Part shown: piece by piece, positions 49,293 to 57,444 of the stretch
How positions within the stretch are numbered: position 1 is the stretch's first letter
Layout: each line of letters opens with the position of its first letter
Assembly: GCA_963668645.2 (NCBI GenBank)
Contig: CAXXWC010000001.1
Coordinates: forward strand, 512,001 to 576,000
Direction: 5' to 3'
Source: Desulfobacterales bacterium
GTDB lineage: Bacteria; Desulfobacterota; Desulfobacteria; Desulfobacterales; UBA2174
Length of the DNA: 64,000 nt
Made by a program: the position numbers and the translations under genes
Notes under the pieces: model-generated
The model's database searches: none
What the model was told of the DNA's origin: nothing
What the model saw: the letters and a program-made list of their open reading frames with translations, nothing else

Positions 49293-50645
49293 TTACTTCT
49301 CCCTCAGGGCTCGATTCATGCTTTCGGTGATGGGTGACAGTAGATAGTCGAGAATCGTCTTGGCCTCGGTCTGGATGTAAACTTCGGCCGGCATGCCCGG
49401 GGTAAGCCGGGCCACATCCTTGATGGCATGGTGAAGGGATTGGGGATCCAAATCCACGAAGACCAGATAGTGAGGCGGGATATACTGGCTTTGCGGAACC
49501 ACCCTGTCGGCGGATACATAAGTCACCGTTCCGTCCACCTTGGGCGTATGGCGCGTAGGAAAGGCTGAAAGCGAAACGCTGGCGCGCTGGCCGATCTTGA
49601 CCTCGTCTATCTTGTCGGGCGCCACCATGGCCGAAATGATCAACCCGCTGTTCTGCGGCACGATCTCCATCAGCGGATGTCCGGGTTGGATCACGCCGCC
49701 CTCGGTGCGCACGTTGAGGTTGACCACCACCCCGGCCTCTGGGGCGGTGATCTCCAGCCGGCGGCAGGCGTCCTCGGCGGGCCGCAGACGCTCGCGCAAG
49801 TCCATGATCGACTGGCGCGTCTCGGCCAGTTTGGTAACGGCTTCGTCCACATAGGAGGTATCCAGATCTTCGATTCTCATCCCCAGTTCTGCAATCCGCT
49901 CTGTGGCCAGGGTGATATCGGACTTCAATTCGTCTTCGCGCATCTGTTGAGTGTTCAAGGAACGTTCGAGTTCCATGATGTGCGAACGGTCAAGGTAGCG
50001 ACCTTCGAGCAACGGCTTTTTGGCTTTGATCTCATCGCGCAAAGAGGCGATGGTCGCCTGGATCAAATCCTTTTGCTGGGCCTGCCCCTCGATCTGGGAA
50101 TGCAACTGCTGAATCTGCGCCCGGTAAAGTTTTTTCTTGCTTTCTTTGGTCGCCAGCCTGGCGGCGAAAACCTCCAGTTCGGTCTTCATGCTCTCGGCCA
50201 CTTCCGGCACTGCTGCGCGCACCGTCAGCTTCTCGGGCCATAGGATGCTAGGTTTGCCGTCCTTTTCGGCCATCAGGCGGGCCTCCCGGGTCAGCAGGAC
50301 ATCCATCTGGCCGTGATACAGATCCCGGGTGGCCTGGATCCGCTCTCCGTCCAGACGGATTAACACCTGCCCCTTTTCGACCAGGTCTCCGTCACGAACC
50401 ATGATTTTCTCGACGATGCCGCCATCGAGATGTTGTACAAGTTTGCGGTAGCTTTCGACGATGACTTCACCCGGGGCGATGACGGCCCCCTGCACCTTGG
50501 CCGTGGCGATCCAGGTCCCCAGGCCTCCGAAAAAAAGCACCACAAAAAACAGTCCCAACAGGATCACATTTTTCGAAGAAGTCGGCAGATCGATCTGCGG
50601 CGGAGTATTTGGCCCGGCCTCAATGGCTTTGATATCATTGGTCAT
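49293..50645 (-). CDS. HlyD-family type I secretion periplasmic adaptor
   Basis: VQHLDGGIV, ITAPEAGVV, LMEIVP, LTPGMPAEV, LDYLLSP. Confidence 0.95.
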   Translation of the reverse strand: MTNDIKAIEAGPNTPPQIDLPTSSKNVILLGLFFVVLFFGGLGTWIATAKVQGAVIAPGEVIVESYRKLVQHLDGGIVEKIMVRDGDLVEKGQVLIRLDGERIQATRDLYHGQMDVLLTREARLMAEKDGKPSILWPEKLTVRAAVPEVAESMKTELEVFAARLATKESKKKLYRAQIQQLHSQIEGQAQQKDLIQATIASLRDEIKAKKPLLEGRYLDRSHIMELERSLNTQQMREDELKSDITLATERIAELGMRIEDLDTSYVDEAVTKLAETRQSIMDLRERLRPAEDACRRLEITAPEAGVVVNLNVRTEGGVIQPGHPLMEIVPQNSGLIISAMVAPDKIDEVKIGQRASVSLSAFPTRHTPKVDGTVTYVSADRVVPQSQYIPPHYLVFVDLDPQSLHHAIKDVARLTPGMPAEVYIQTEAKTILDYLLSPITESMNRALREK

Positions 50646-50648
50646 GGG

Positions 50649-52301
50649 TTATCCTTCTGTGATCATTTTAACGGGCGCAGAGGCAATAGCACCGGGTTCT
50701 TCCCGCGTGATACGGCCTTGTTCGAGGAATAAAATCCGGTCGGCCGCCTTGGCGATCTCCTGGTTGTGGGTAATGAGAATCGTGGACACCCCTTTTTCCT
50801 TGAGCTGTATCAGGGTATTTTTCAGGGCCTCGCGACCGGGTTGATCCAGGTGGGAATCGGGTTCATCCATCACGATCAGCCACGGATCGCCGTACACGGC
50901 TCTGGCCAAGGCGATGCGCTGCTTCTGGCCCCCGGAGAGCATGATCCCGCCCCGCCCGATGGGGGTGTCGTAGCCGGCGGGCAGGGAAAGGATCATCTGG
51001 TGTGCCCCGGCCACAGTTGCCGCCGCCACCTGGGCTTCGGGATCCGCCTCCCCCAGGCGGGCGATGTTCTCGGCCACCGTGCCGGTGAACAATTCCACCT
51101 CCTGGGGAATGTAACCGATCCGGGGGCCCAACAGATTTCTGTCCAAGGCATGGATGTCCTGATCTTCAAAAGCGACACGACCTTCATCCGGCCGCCAGAG
51201 TCCGAGAATCATTCTTGCCAGAGTGGACTTGCCTGCACCGCTGGGGCCGACGATGGCCAGACGCTCTCCCGCGTGCAGCGTAAAATCGATCTCCTGCAAG
51301 ACCGGCTGGCCGTTGATGGTATAGCTGAGCCCTTCAACGTGGAAGCGGTCAGGCTTGTTCTCCAAAAACAGCCTCCCCTTTTCTTTTTCTCCGGCCATCA
51401 GGTCTGCGAGCCGCTGGTAAGCCAGCCGCGATTCGACCAGACTCTTCCAGGCATTGCCGAGCATTAAAATCGGGGAAAGCGCACGGCCCATGATCATGGA
51501 TGCGGCCACCATGGTGCCGATAGTAATGTTGTGAAGAATCACCAGGTAAGCCCCAACGGCCATTTGCACAGCGCTGGTGGCCATCATGGTCGCCTTGGCG
51601 CTGTTCTGGAAAAAACCGGTCCGGGCCGTCAGTTGACCTTCATGGTAGACATCGGCACGATTGTAGGCTTTCCAGTAACGGCTCAAGGCCGGCAGCATCC
51701 CCATGGCATTGATACTTTGGACATTGCGCATCGTCGATGCGAGGAACTGATCCGTGGCGATGGAGGACTGCACCCAGGCGGCGCGCATGTGGCCGGTGAA
51801 GATCTCCTGGCCCAAGACGAGCAGCACCAGAACGATGGCACCCCCGGTCGCCACTCTGCCCAGCCAGGGATGAAACAGATACATGATGGCCAGATAGATC
51901 GGCACCCAGGGGGTGTCGAAAAAGGCGAAGATACCCGCCCCGCCGAAAAAATTACGGATAGTGTTCAGATCTTTCATCCCCTGGGTGTGCATCGGCCCTG
52001 CAGCAGCCACCGATTTATCCACCATACGGGCGAACAAGGGCTGGCCCACCACCCGGTCGAATTGGACCCCGACCCGGACGAGCAACTTGGAGCGGATAAC
52101 CTCAAAAATCGCCATGATCAGATAGGCCCCGATGACCCCAATGGTCAGGAACGTAAGGCTTTCCATGCTGCGGCTGACCATCACTTTGTCATAGAGCAGC
52201 CGCATGTAGAGCAGATATGAAAGCTGCAAAATATTGATAAAGAGACTGAAAAAAAACGCGCAGCTGATGTGGGGCAGGAATTTGATCAAGTACTTACGCA
52301 T
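50649..52301 (-). CDS. Type I secretion permease/ATPase (PrtD-like), copy 2
   Basis: FFDTPWVP, GPSGAGKS, LSGGQKQR, MDEP. Confidence 0.93.
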   Translation of the reverse strand: MRKYLIKFLPHISCAFFFSLFINILQLSYLLYMRLLYDKVMVSRSMESLTFLTIGVIGAYLIMAIFEVIRSKLLVRVGVQFDRVVGQPLFARMVDKSVAAAGPMHTQGMKDLNTIRNFFGGAGIFAFFDTPWVPIYLAIMYLFHPWLGRVATGGAIVLVLLVLGQEIFTGHMRAAWVQSSIATDQFLASTMRNVQSINAMGMLPALSRYWKAYNRADVYHEGQLTARTGFFQNSAKATMMATSAVQMAVGAYLVILHNITIGTMVAASMIMGRALSPILMLGNAWKSLVESRLAYQRLADLMAGEKEKGRLFLENKPDRFHVEGLSYTINGQPVLQEIDFTLHAGERLAIVGPSGAGKSTLARMILGLWRPDEGRVAFEDQDIHALDRNLLGPRIGYIPQEVELFTGTVAENIARLGEADPEAQVAAATVAGAHQMILSLPAGYDTPIGRGGIMLSGGQKQRIALARAVYGDPWLIVMDEPDSHLDQPGREALKNTLIQLKEKGVSTILITHNQEIAKAADRILFLEQGRITREEPGAIASAPVKMITEG

Positions 52302-52427
52302 GAGATTCAGACCATCTCCGCCATCCGGTTCTTCGGCTCCCCCTGAAAGGGAAGGATCGCGGACCAAATAGAAGGGATTTTGAAAGAATGTATGGTGCCC
52401 TCCGGCGATCGACGCGGCATACTCAGT

Positions 52428-54101
52428 CTAACTCGGAACCTGGGCCATCGGTTTGGAGGGCGGTGACATGAGCTTTTGCAGCACCTCTTGAGTCGAACCG
52501 TAAAGACCCACCTGTCCTTCTTTGAGCATTAACAACTTATCGGTCAGCAAAAGCAGTTTTTGGCGGTGTGTCACCAGGACCAACGATACCTTTGCCTCCC
52601 GGGCTTTTTGTATCGCCTGCTCCAGGGCCTGCATTCCGCTTTGATCCAGACTGGCGTCCGGTTCGTCCAGAATAATCAGACTGGGATCGCCGAACATGGC
52701 CCGGGCCAGGCCGATACGCTGGCGAAAGCCGCCGGAAAGATTCTGGCCGCGCTCATCGAGCACGGTGTCGTACCCACCGGGCAGCCCCATGATGGCTTCA
52801 TCGACCTGGGCGAGACTGGCGGCCTGGTGCACCTTTTCCAACTCCACGGTCTGAAACCGCGAAATATTTTCGGCGATGGTACCGGCAAAAAGCTCGACAT
52901 CCTGGGGAAGGTACCCGATGAAAGGGCCCAATTTGTCCTGATCCCACTGGTGCATGTCGGCACCATCCAGGCGTATAACGCCGTTTGTCGGGCGCACCGA
53001 TCCGGTAATCAGTTTAGCCAGGGTCGTCTTGCCGGCGCCGCTGGGTCCGATGATCCCCAGGGTCTGGCCAGGTTCAAGATCGAAAGAGATCCCCCTGAGG
53101 ATTACCTTGCCGCCTGCGCCGAAAATAAGCGACTCGGCCTTGAGTTCTCCTGCGGGCCGCGGCAGCTCGAGTTTAGGTGCCTGGGCTTCTTCTTGCAGTT
53201 TTTTCCAGAAGTCTTTGAGACGATCAAATGCGTCCCGGGCGTTTTGGTACTGCTCCCAGCCGTCGATCACGACCTGAGTGGGTTGAATCACCCGGCCGGC
53301 AATGATTACGGCTACGATCATCAATCCGGAATGGATCTGGCCGGAGATGATCAGCAAAGTGCCGACCCCCATGAGCAGCACTTGCAAAATCCAGGTTTGG
53401 GACTTGATCAGAGCCGAGTGGATCCCCGCCTTGTCGCTGGCCACGCTCTGATTGGCGAGCATATCATCTTGCAGTGAACGCCAACGGGAAGCCAGTTGAG
53501 TCTGCATACCCATGGCCTGAACGGATTGAGCGTTGTGGAGGCATTCCTGGGTAAAGGCGTTGGCGATCCCGAAACGCTGGTTAGCGTTGCGCAGCAAGGT
53601 ACGGATGGATTTGCGGCCGAACAGTTTGGTGCCGATGATGACCAGCATGCCGGCAAGTGCCAGGAGGCCCATCTCCGGGCTAATGATAAAGATGATGACC
53701 AGCTCCAGGGGAGAAATCAGTGCATCAAGAAAAGAGGTGGCGATGGGCGACTGCAAGAAGCCGCGCACCTTGGACAGATCCTCCATGGCCACCGAGGATT
53801 CGCCTCTTTTCATCTCGGCCCGATCTTTGAACATGCCCAGCAGGATATGTTGGCCCAGACTTTCATTCAGATAGACCGACAAGCGGCGCAGCAGGGCCGA
53901 ACGCAACTGATCGAAAATCAGCATGAAGACCAAAGCCACCAGCGCAGCGGAAGTTACCACACGGATGGTGGGGATGCTCTCGGCAGGAATCACCCACATA
54001 TAGAGCAGCATCATGTTGGCGGACATGGAGAGGGTCAGCATGACCACCAGCACGCTGAGGATGGCAACGACGATGACTGCTCTTTTAAGTTCCTTCTCCA
54101 T
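52428..54101 (-). CDS. Type I secretion permease/ATPase (PrtD-like), copy 1
   Basis: GPSGAGKT, GYLPQDVELFAGT, LSGGFRQR, LDEP. Confidence 0.93.
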   Translation of the reverse strand: MEKELKRAVIVVAILSVLVVMLTLSMSANMMLLYMWVIPAESIPTIRVVTSAALVALVFMLIFDQLRSALLRRLSVYLNESLGQHILLGMFKDRAEMKRGESSVAMEDLSKVRGFLQSPIATSFLDALISPLELVIIFIISPEMGLLALAGMLVIIGTKLFGRKSIRTLLRNANQRFGIANAFTQECLHNAQSVQAMGMQTQLASRWRSLQDDMLANQSVASDKAGIHSALIKSQTWILQVLLMGVGTLLIISGQIHSGLMIVAVIIAGRVIQPTQVVIDGWEQYQNARDAFDRLKDFWKKLQEEAQAPKLELPRPAGELKAESLIFGAGGKVILRGISFDLEPGQTLGIIGPSGAGKTTLAKLITGSVRPTNGVIRLDGADMHQWDQDKLGPFIGYLPQDVELFAGTIAENISRFQTVELEKVHQAASLAQVDEAIMGLPGGYDTVLDERGQNLSGGFRQRIGLARAMFGDPSLIILDEPDASLDQSGMQALEQAIQKAREAKVSLVLVTHRQKLLLLTDKLLMLKEGQVGLYGSTQEVLQKLMSPPSKPMAQVPS

Positions 54102-54154
54102 GATCAAAATCCCGGCAAAACGTTTTTGGGGTAGCGGCGGATGCCCGCCGTTTG

Positions 54155-54550
54155 CTATTCTGTCGGCCGGATCAGGATCGGCAGGCGGGCCGCGGTCTCC
54201 CACTTGGCGTTCTGCTTGAACTCCAGCAGGAGCGCATAAGATCCGAATTCGGCCAGGGTCAGAGTGCTGAGGCGAAACTGCAGCCGATGCCGGAGCCGGT
54301 CCAGGATCACCGGCCTGCTCTGGAGAATCGCCTGGCGCCTTTGATCCGGGGATTCGAGGACTACGCGAAAGGTCACCGTCTCCGGGTCAACGCCGGTTTT
54401 CTCCCAAAGCGTCCCGATATAGAGCGGACCGATATGAACCGGCAGATTGGCGGCCGCGCCTTCTTCAATACAGCGGATATAGGTAACCGCGTTGCTTTCC
54501 TGATCGATGATGATGTCCCTGCAAAGTACAGACCAGACATTGCGGATCAT
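54155..54550 (-). CDS. Hypothetical beta-rich protein (DUF6941-like)
   Basis: WSVLCRDIIIDQESNAVT...FGSYAL; co-oriented after the RHH gene. Confidence 0.65.
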   Translation of the reverse strand: MIRNVWSVLCRDIIIDQESNAVTYIRCIEEGAAANLPVHIGPLYIGTLWEKTGVDPETVTFRVVLESPDQRRQAILQSRPVILDRLRHRLQFRLSTLTLAEFGSYALLLEFKQNAKWETAARLPILIRPTE

Positions 54551-54584
54551 GGCCGCCTCTTTTCAAGACAAGAGATTCAGGTGC

Positions 54585-54899
54585 TTATTGCACGAGGATG
54601 CTTGTACCACCTGTGCTGCGCCAGGTCAGGCCGCTCGGGTCGGGTTCGTCACCGACACTCATATTAAGGACTATGTCGTGGACCTCACGGACCGTATCGC
54701 GCAGCTGCCGGGCATAGAAATCCGAGGCCTCTTGCCACGCGATCTCCTGGCTGTGGCGGGTGCTGAGCAGATAGAGGATATAACTGTTCAGGGAAACGCC
54801 CTGGACCTTTGCCTCCCGGGCAAGGTCGGCATGCAACGCTTTGGGAACCCGCAATCGAAACTGCCCGCTGCTTTCCGCTGCAACAGATCGGACCACCAT
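54585..54899 (-). CDS. HicB-like ribbon-helix-helix protein without the toxin-neutralising N-domain
   Basis: SGQFRLRVPKALHADLAREAKVQGVSLNSYI; GGGAGG SD before ATG 54899. Confidence 0.8.
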   Translation of the reverse strand: MVVRSVAAESSGQFRLRVPKALHADLAREAKVQGVSLNSYILYLLSTRHSQEIAWQEASDFYARQLRDTVREVHDIVLNMSVGDEPDPSGLTWRSTGGTSILVQ

Positions 54900-54966
54900 G
54901 GAATTTCCTCCCTGGTAAATGGGACAAGCACACAATATCCTTAGCTCATCGGAGGATACGGAGGGC

Positions 54967-54994
54967 ATGGTACCACATACGGAACCATTGTCAA
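54967..54994 (-). promoter_or_regulatory. Promoter with candidate RHH operator repeats
   Basis: TTGACA-16 nt-TACCAT with an extended TG; contains ATGGTTCC and GTGGTACC (TGGTACCA palindrome). Confidence 0.55.
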
Positions 54995-55037
54995 GAACAA
55001 AAAGCGCTCCGCAATGGAGCGCCGGCACAGGTGATTG

Positions 55038-55493
55038 ATGAGCGAATACGGTCTGATTGCGTTTGGAAAGCAACCGATGGAAGAATATCTCTGGATTATC
55101 GAAGCACCGCTCGAAATCCTGGACCGCTTCTGCAGGATAGCCGGACTCGAGCGCGACAGCGCCATCCCCTTGGTCTTTACCCTGAAACCGGATCGCTTCG
55201 CCGATGCCCGTCTGACTTACCCGAGCGCTAAATGTACCCGGCCTGAAGCATGGCTCCATGTAATGGCGCTGCTTTACGTGCATCATGTATCTTTCAGGCT
55301 CTATCAGGCGACCGGCCACCAGGAAGCCATCACGTCCATAACCCTTCTGCGGCCTTCTATCGACAAGGAACTCGAAGACCTGCTGGGGCTTGCCGCCCGA
55401 GGCAAGATCGCTCAACTGCGAGGCTATACGAAGCTGTTGCAACGGGTGTTCAAACGGTTGCAAGATGCGGCGATCATAGAACCTGAATATTAA
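55038..55493 (+). CDS. Hypothetical protein
   Basis: About 151 aa with protein-like composition, AGGTG before the start, divergent from the RHH gene. Confidence 0.55.
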   Translation: MSEYGLIAFGKQPMEEYLWIIEAPLEILDRFCRIAGLERDSAIPLVFTLKPDRFADARLTYPSAKCTRPEAWLHVMALLYVHHVSFRLYQATGHQEAITSITLLRPSIDKELEDLLGLAARGKIAQLRGYTKLLQRVFKRLQDAAIIEPEY

Positions 55494-55689
55494 GGGAGCG
55501 GCGTGTGGTCTGGCAGGCTGCAATCTACGAGCACCACGATCAAGGCGAGGCGCCGGCGGAGTCTTCCCCGCCAGCGCCTCGAATTGATTGCAATTGACCC
55601 GGATCGAGCCACCCCAAAAATCACCAAAAACCCGCAAAACGGCCGAGTTAAAAAACTTTTTTGCGGGATCATGGGCGGACGCGAAAGGC

Positions 55690-55920
55690 TTACTGCTTGG
55701 TCTGTTCCTCTTGCTCCTTGCGAGCCTGCTCGATGCGTTCCTGAAGCTGCTTGCCCGCCGCTTGCATGCCGCCGGCGACCTGTCCATACTGGACAGCTGG
55801 AATCACCAGTTCGCCAGTGACCTGTTCCGTACCATCGGCTCCTGTAGCGATGCATTGAATCCGCACGACACCGTTTCGTAAAGATACCGAGCCGAGTTTT
55901 TCAATCATGATAAAATTCAT
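55690..55920 (-). CDS. Small hypothetical protein upstream of the T1SS genes
   Basis: AAGGAGG SD; 76 aa MNFIMIEKLGSVSLRNGVVRIQC...ELVIP + C-terminal helix. Confidence 0.75.
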   Translation of the reverse strand: MNFIMIEKLGSVSLRNGVVRIQCIATGADGTEQVTGELVIPAVQYGQVAGGMQAAGKQLQERIEQARKEQEEQTKQ

Positions 55921-56219
55921 AACTACCTGCCTCCTTTGTCTCCCCATTTATTTGATGTTCTTACCCAAGCCGAAGCTCAACCCTTCCGCATCACCTTGGC
56001 TGCAAACTGTCAAGCATCCGTCTTACGGCGGCACTTCGGCCTCTGCCGGGTTCTTCGGCAGATCATGTACGCCGCTGCACTTAACACAAGATCCGCCCGG
56101 ATTCAAGCAGCAGGTCGCATACCGAACGTTTCTTGCGGCGTAAGGATATTACACCGGCACAGATTGCCAATCTTTTTTGAGGAAAGAAGGATGGCGGCTT
56201 ATAAAATTTTCAATCCGGG

Positions 56220-56549
56220 TCAGATCTGTTTCAGGGAAAGACCTGCCTGGGATTTGCGGATCTCAAAAGCGTCTTCCACTTTAAAGCCGAAATGCTCCAC
56301 TACGTCCTTGGGGATGATAAGGCTGCCCCGTTTACCGACCGAAATCGTCGTGTTCAGCACTTTTCCCTTGCCGCCGCGACCAGTGGCCAAAACCGGCGCC
56401 TGACCGGTCTCCATAAGGGCGTTGGCGTATGCAACCTTGAGTTGGGTCGAGGTTTTGAATCCGAACTTGGTCATGATTTCACTCTGGGGCACATTGTCTT
56501 TTGCCATTTGAATCAAGGCGGCATAATCGATCTTCTTTTTCCGAGGCAT
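56220..56549 (-). CDS. Small basic protein with C-terminal AbrB/MazE-like DNA-binding domain
   Basis: SVGKRGSLIIPKDVVEHFGFKVEDAFEI; AAGGAG SD; AT-rich upstream region. Confidence 0.8.
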   Translation of the reverse strand: MPRKKKIDYAALIQMAKDNVPQSEIMTKFGFKTSTQLKVAYANALMETGQAPVLATGRGGKGKVLNTTISVGKRGSLIIPKDVVEHFGFKVEDAFEIRKSQAGLSLKQI

Positions 56550-56995
56550 AAGATTCTCCTTTGTTTAGTTTGTGGTTGAATTATTGAATATCAGGCATTT
56601 CAATATAGCCGCAATACACCGGCTTTTTGATAATTTCAAGAGAAAATTTTCAAAAACCAACCTTTTGATATCGATTTAAGAAAATTTAATTTAGATTATT
56701 TTCCCCATCTTGACGTCATCAATTTTCAATGCAACCCCACGGTACTTAAATTTAAAAGCTTGGGATTAGGCTCGACTTGTTCACAGAGCCGTTGCTCCTG
56801 AATGGCACCCGCAATAATCATTCCCGTAATCACGAAACACAGCACTGCGCAAGATCCGCCTATTCTAAAAAAAGAAAAGATAGGGTCTGCATCACTTTGA
56901 TACTTGATCGGAGATCCATTTGGAACTGTTTTCAACAACGTTATGGATCCGTTTTTCTTGGACGGGACAGTCGAAGCAATCTTGCCGATGCCACT

Positions 56996-57334
56996 CTAAC
57001 CTTCGAAATGCACCGCCAGCCAGATCGTATCCTGGTTGGGGTCGGTGAAGACCACCCGGTGGCGCACATGGGCATCGATAAGAAGATGGTCCCCCGGTCC
57101 CATATCCACCGGATGCGAATGGTCGGCGAAGACCAGGCGTCCCCGGCCCTGGACCACCATCACCCATTCGGGCCAATCCTGATCGTACCAAAACCCTGGC
57201 GCCGTGGTATGCCCCCGGGAAACGATCCGTTCGATGCGCACCTTGCCTGCCGCTGCGATCACCGCCACAGATTCCTCGGGCATGATTTGCGGAATGGCAT
57301 CCAGAATGTTTTGCACATTGATCCCGTCTTTCAT
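56996..57334 (-). CDS. Cupin domain protein
   Basis: RIERIVSRGH, WYDQ, EWVMVVQG, HVRHRV, TIWLAVH. Confidence 0.88.
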   Translation of the reverse strand: MKDGINVQNILDAIPQIMPEESVAVIAAAGKVRIERIVSRGHTTAPGFWYDQDWPEWVMVVQGRGRLVFADHSHPVDMGPGDHLLIDAHVRHRVVFTDPNQDTIWLAVHFEG

Positions 57335-57444
57335 CTTGCCTCGCCTTGCGTCTGCCACCCGCGTGATCGCCGCGGCGACCGATCGAAGTTGTCGTGCCAG
57401 TCCATACCTCACATAACGCTCGGCCCTGTCCGGCTCGAACCGCC

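Noticed and set aside
54585..55787. 400-aa ORF as a large HicB fusion
   Set aside because: The extension overlaps two better ORFs; the RHH part has its own SD and promoter
55921..56219. Riboswitch (c-di-GMP-like) in the intergenic region upstream of the small protein
   Set aside because: A few hairpins are present but no recognisable conserved aptamer core
56726..56938. 70-aa ORF in the AT-rich region
   Set aside because: No SD, motif or compositional support
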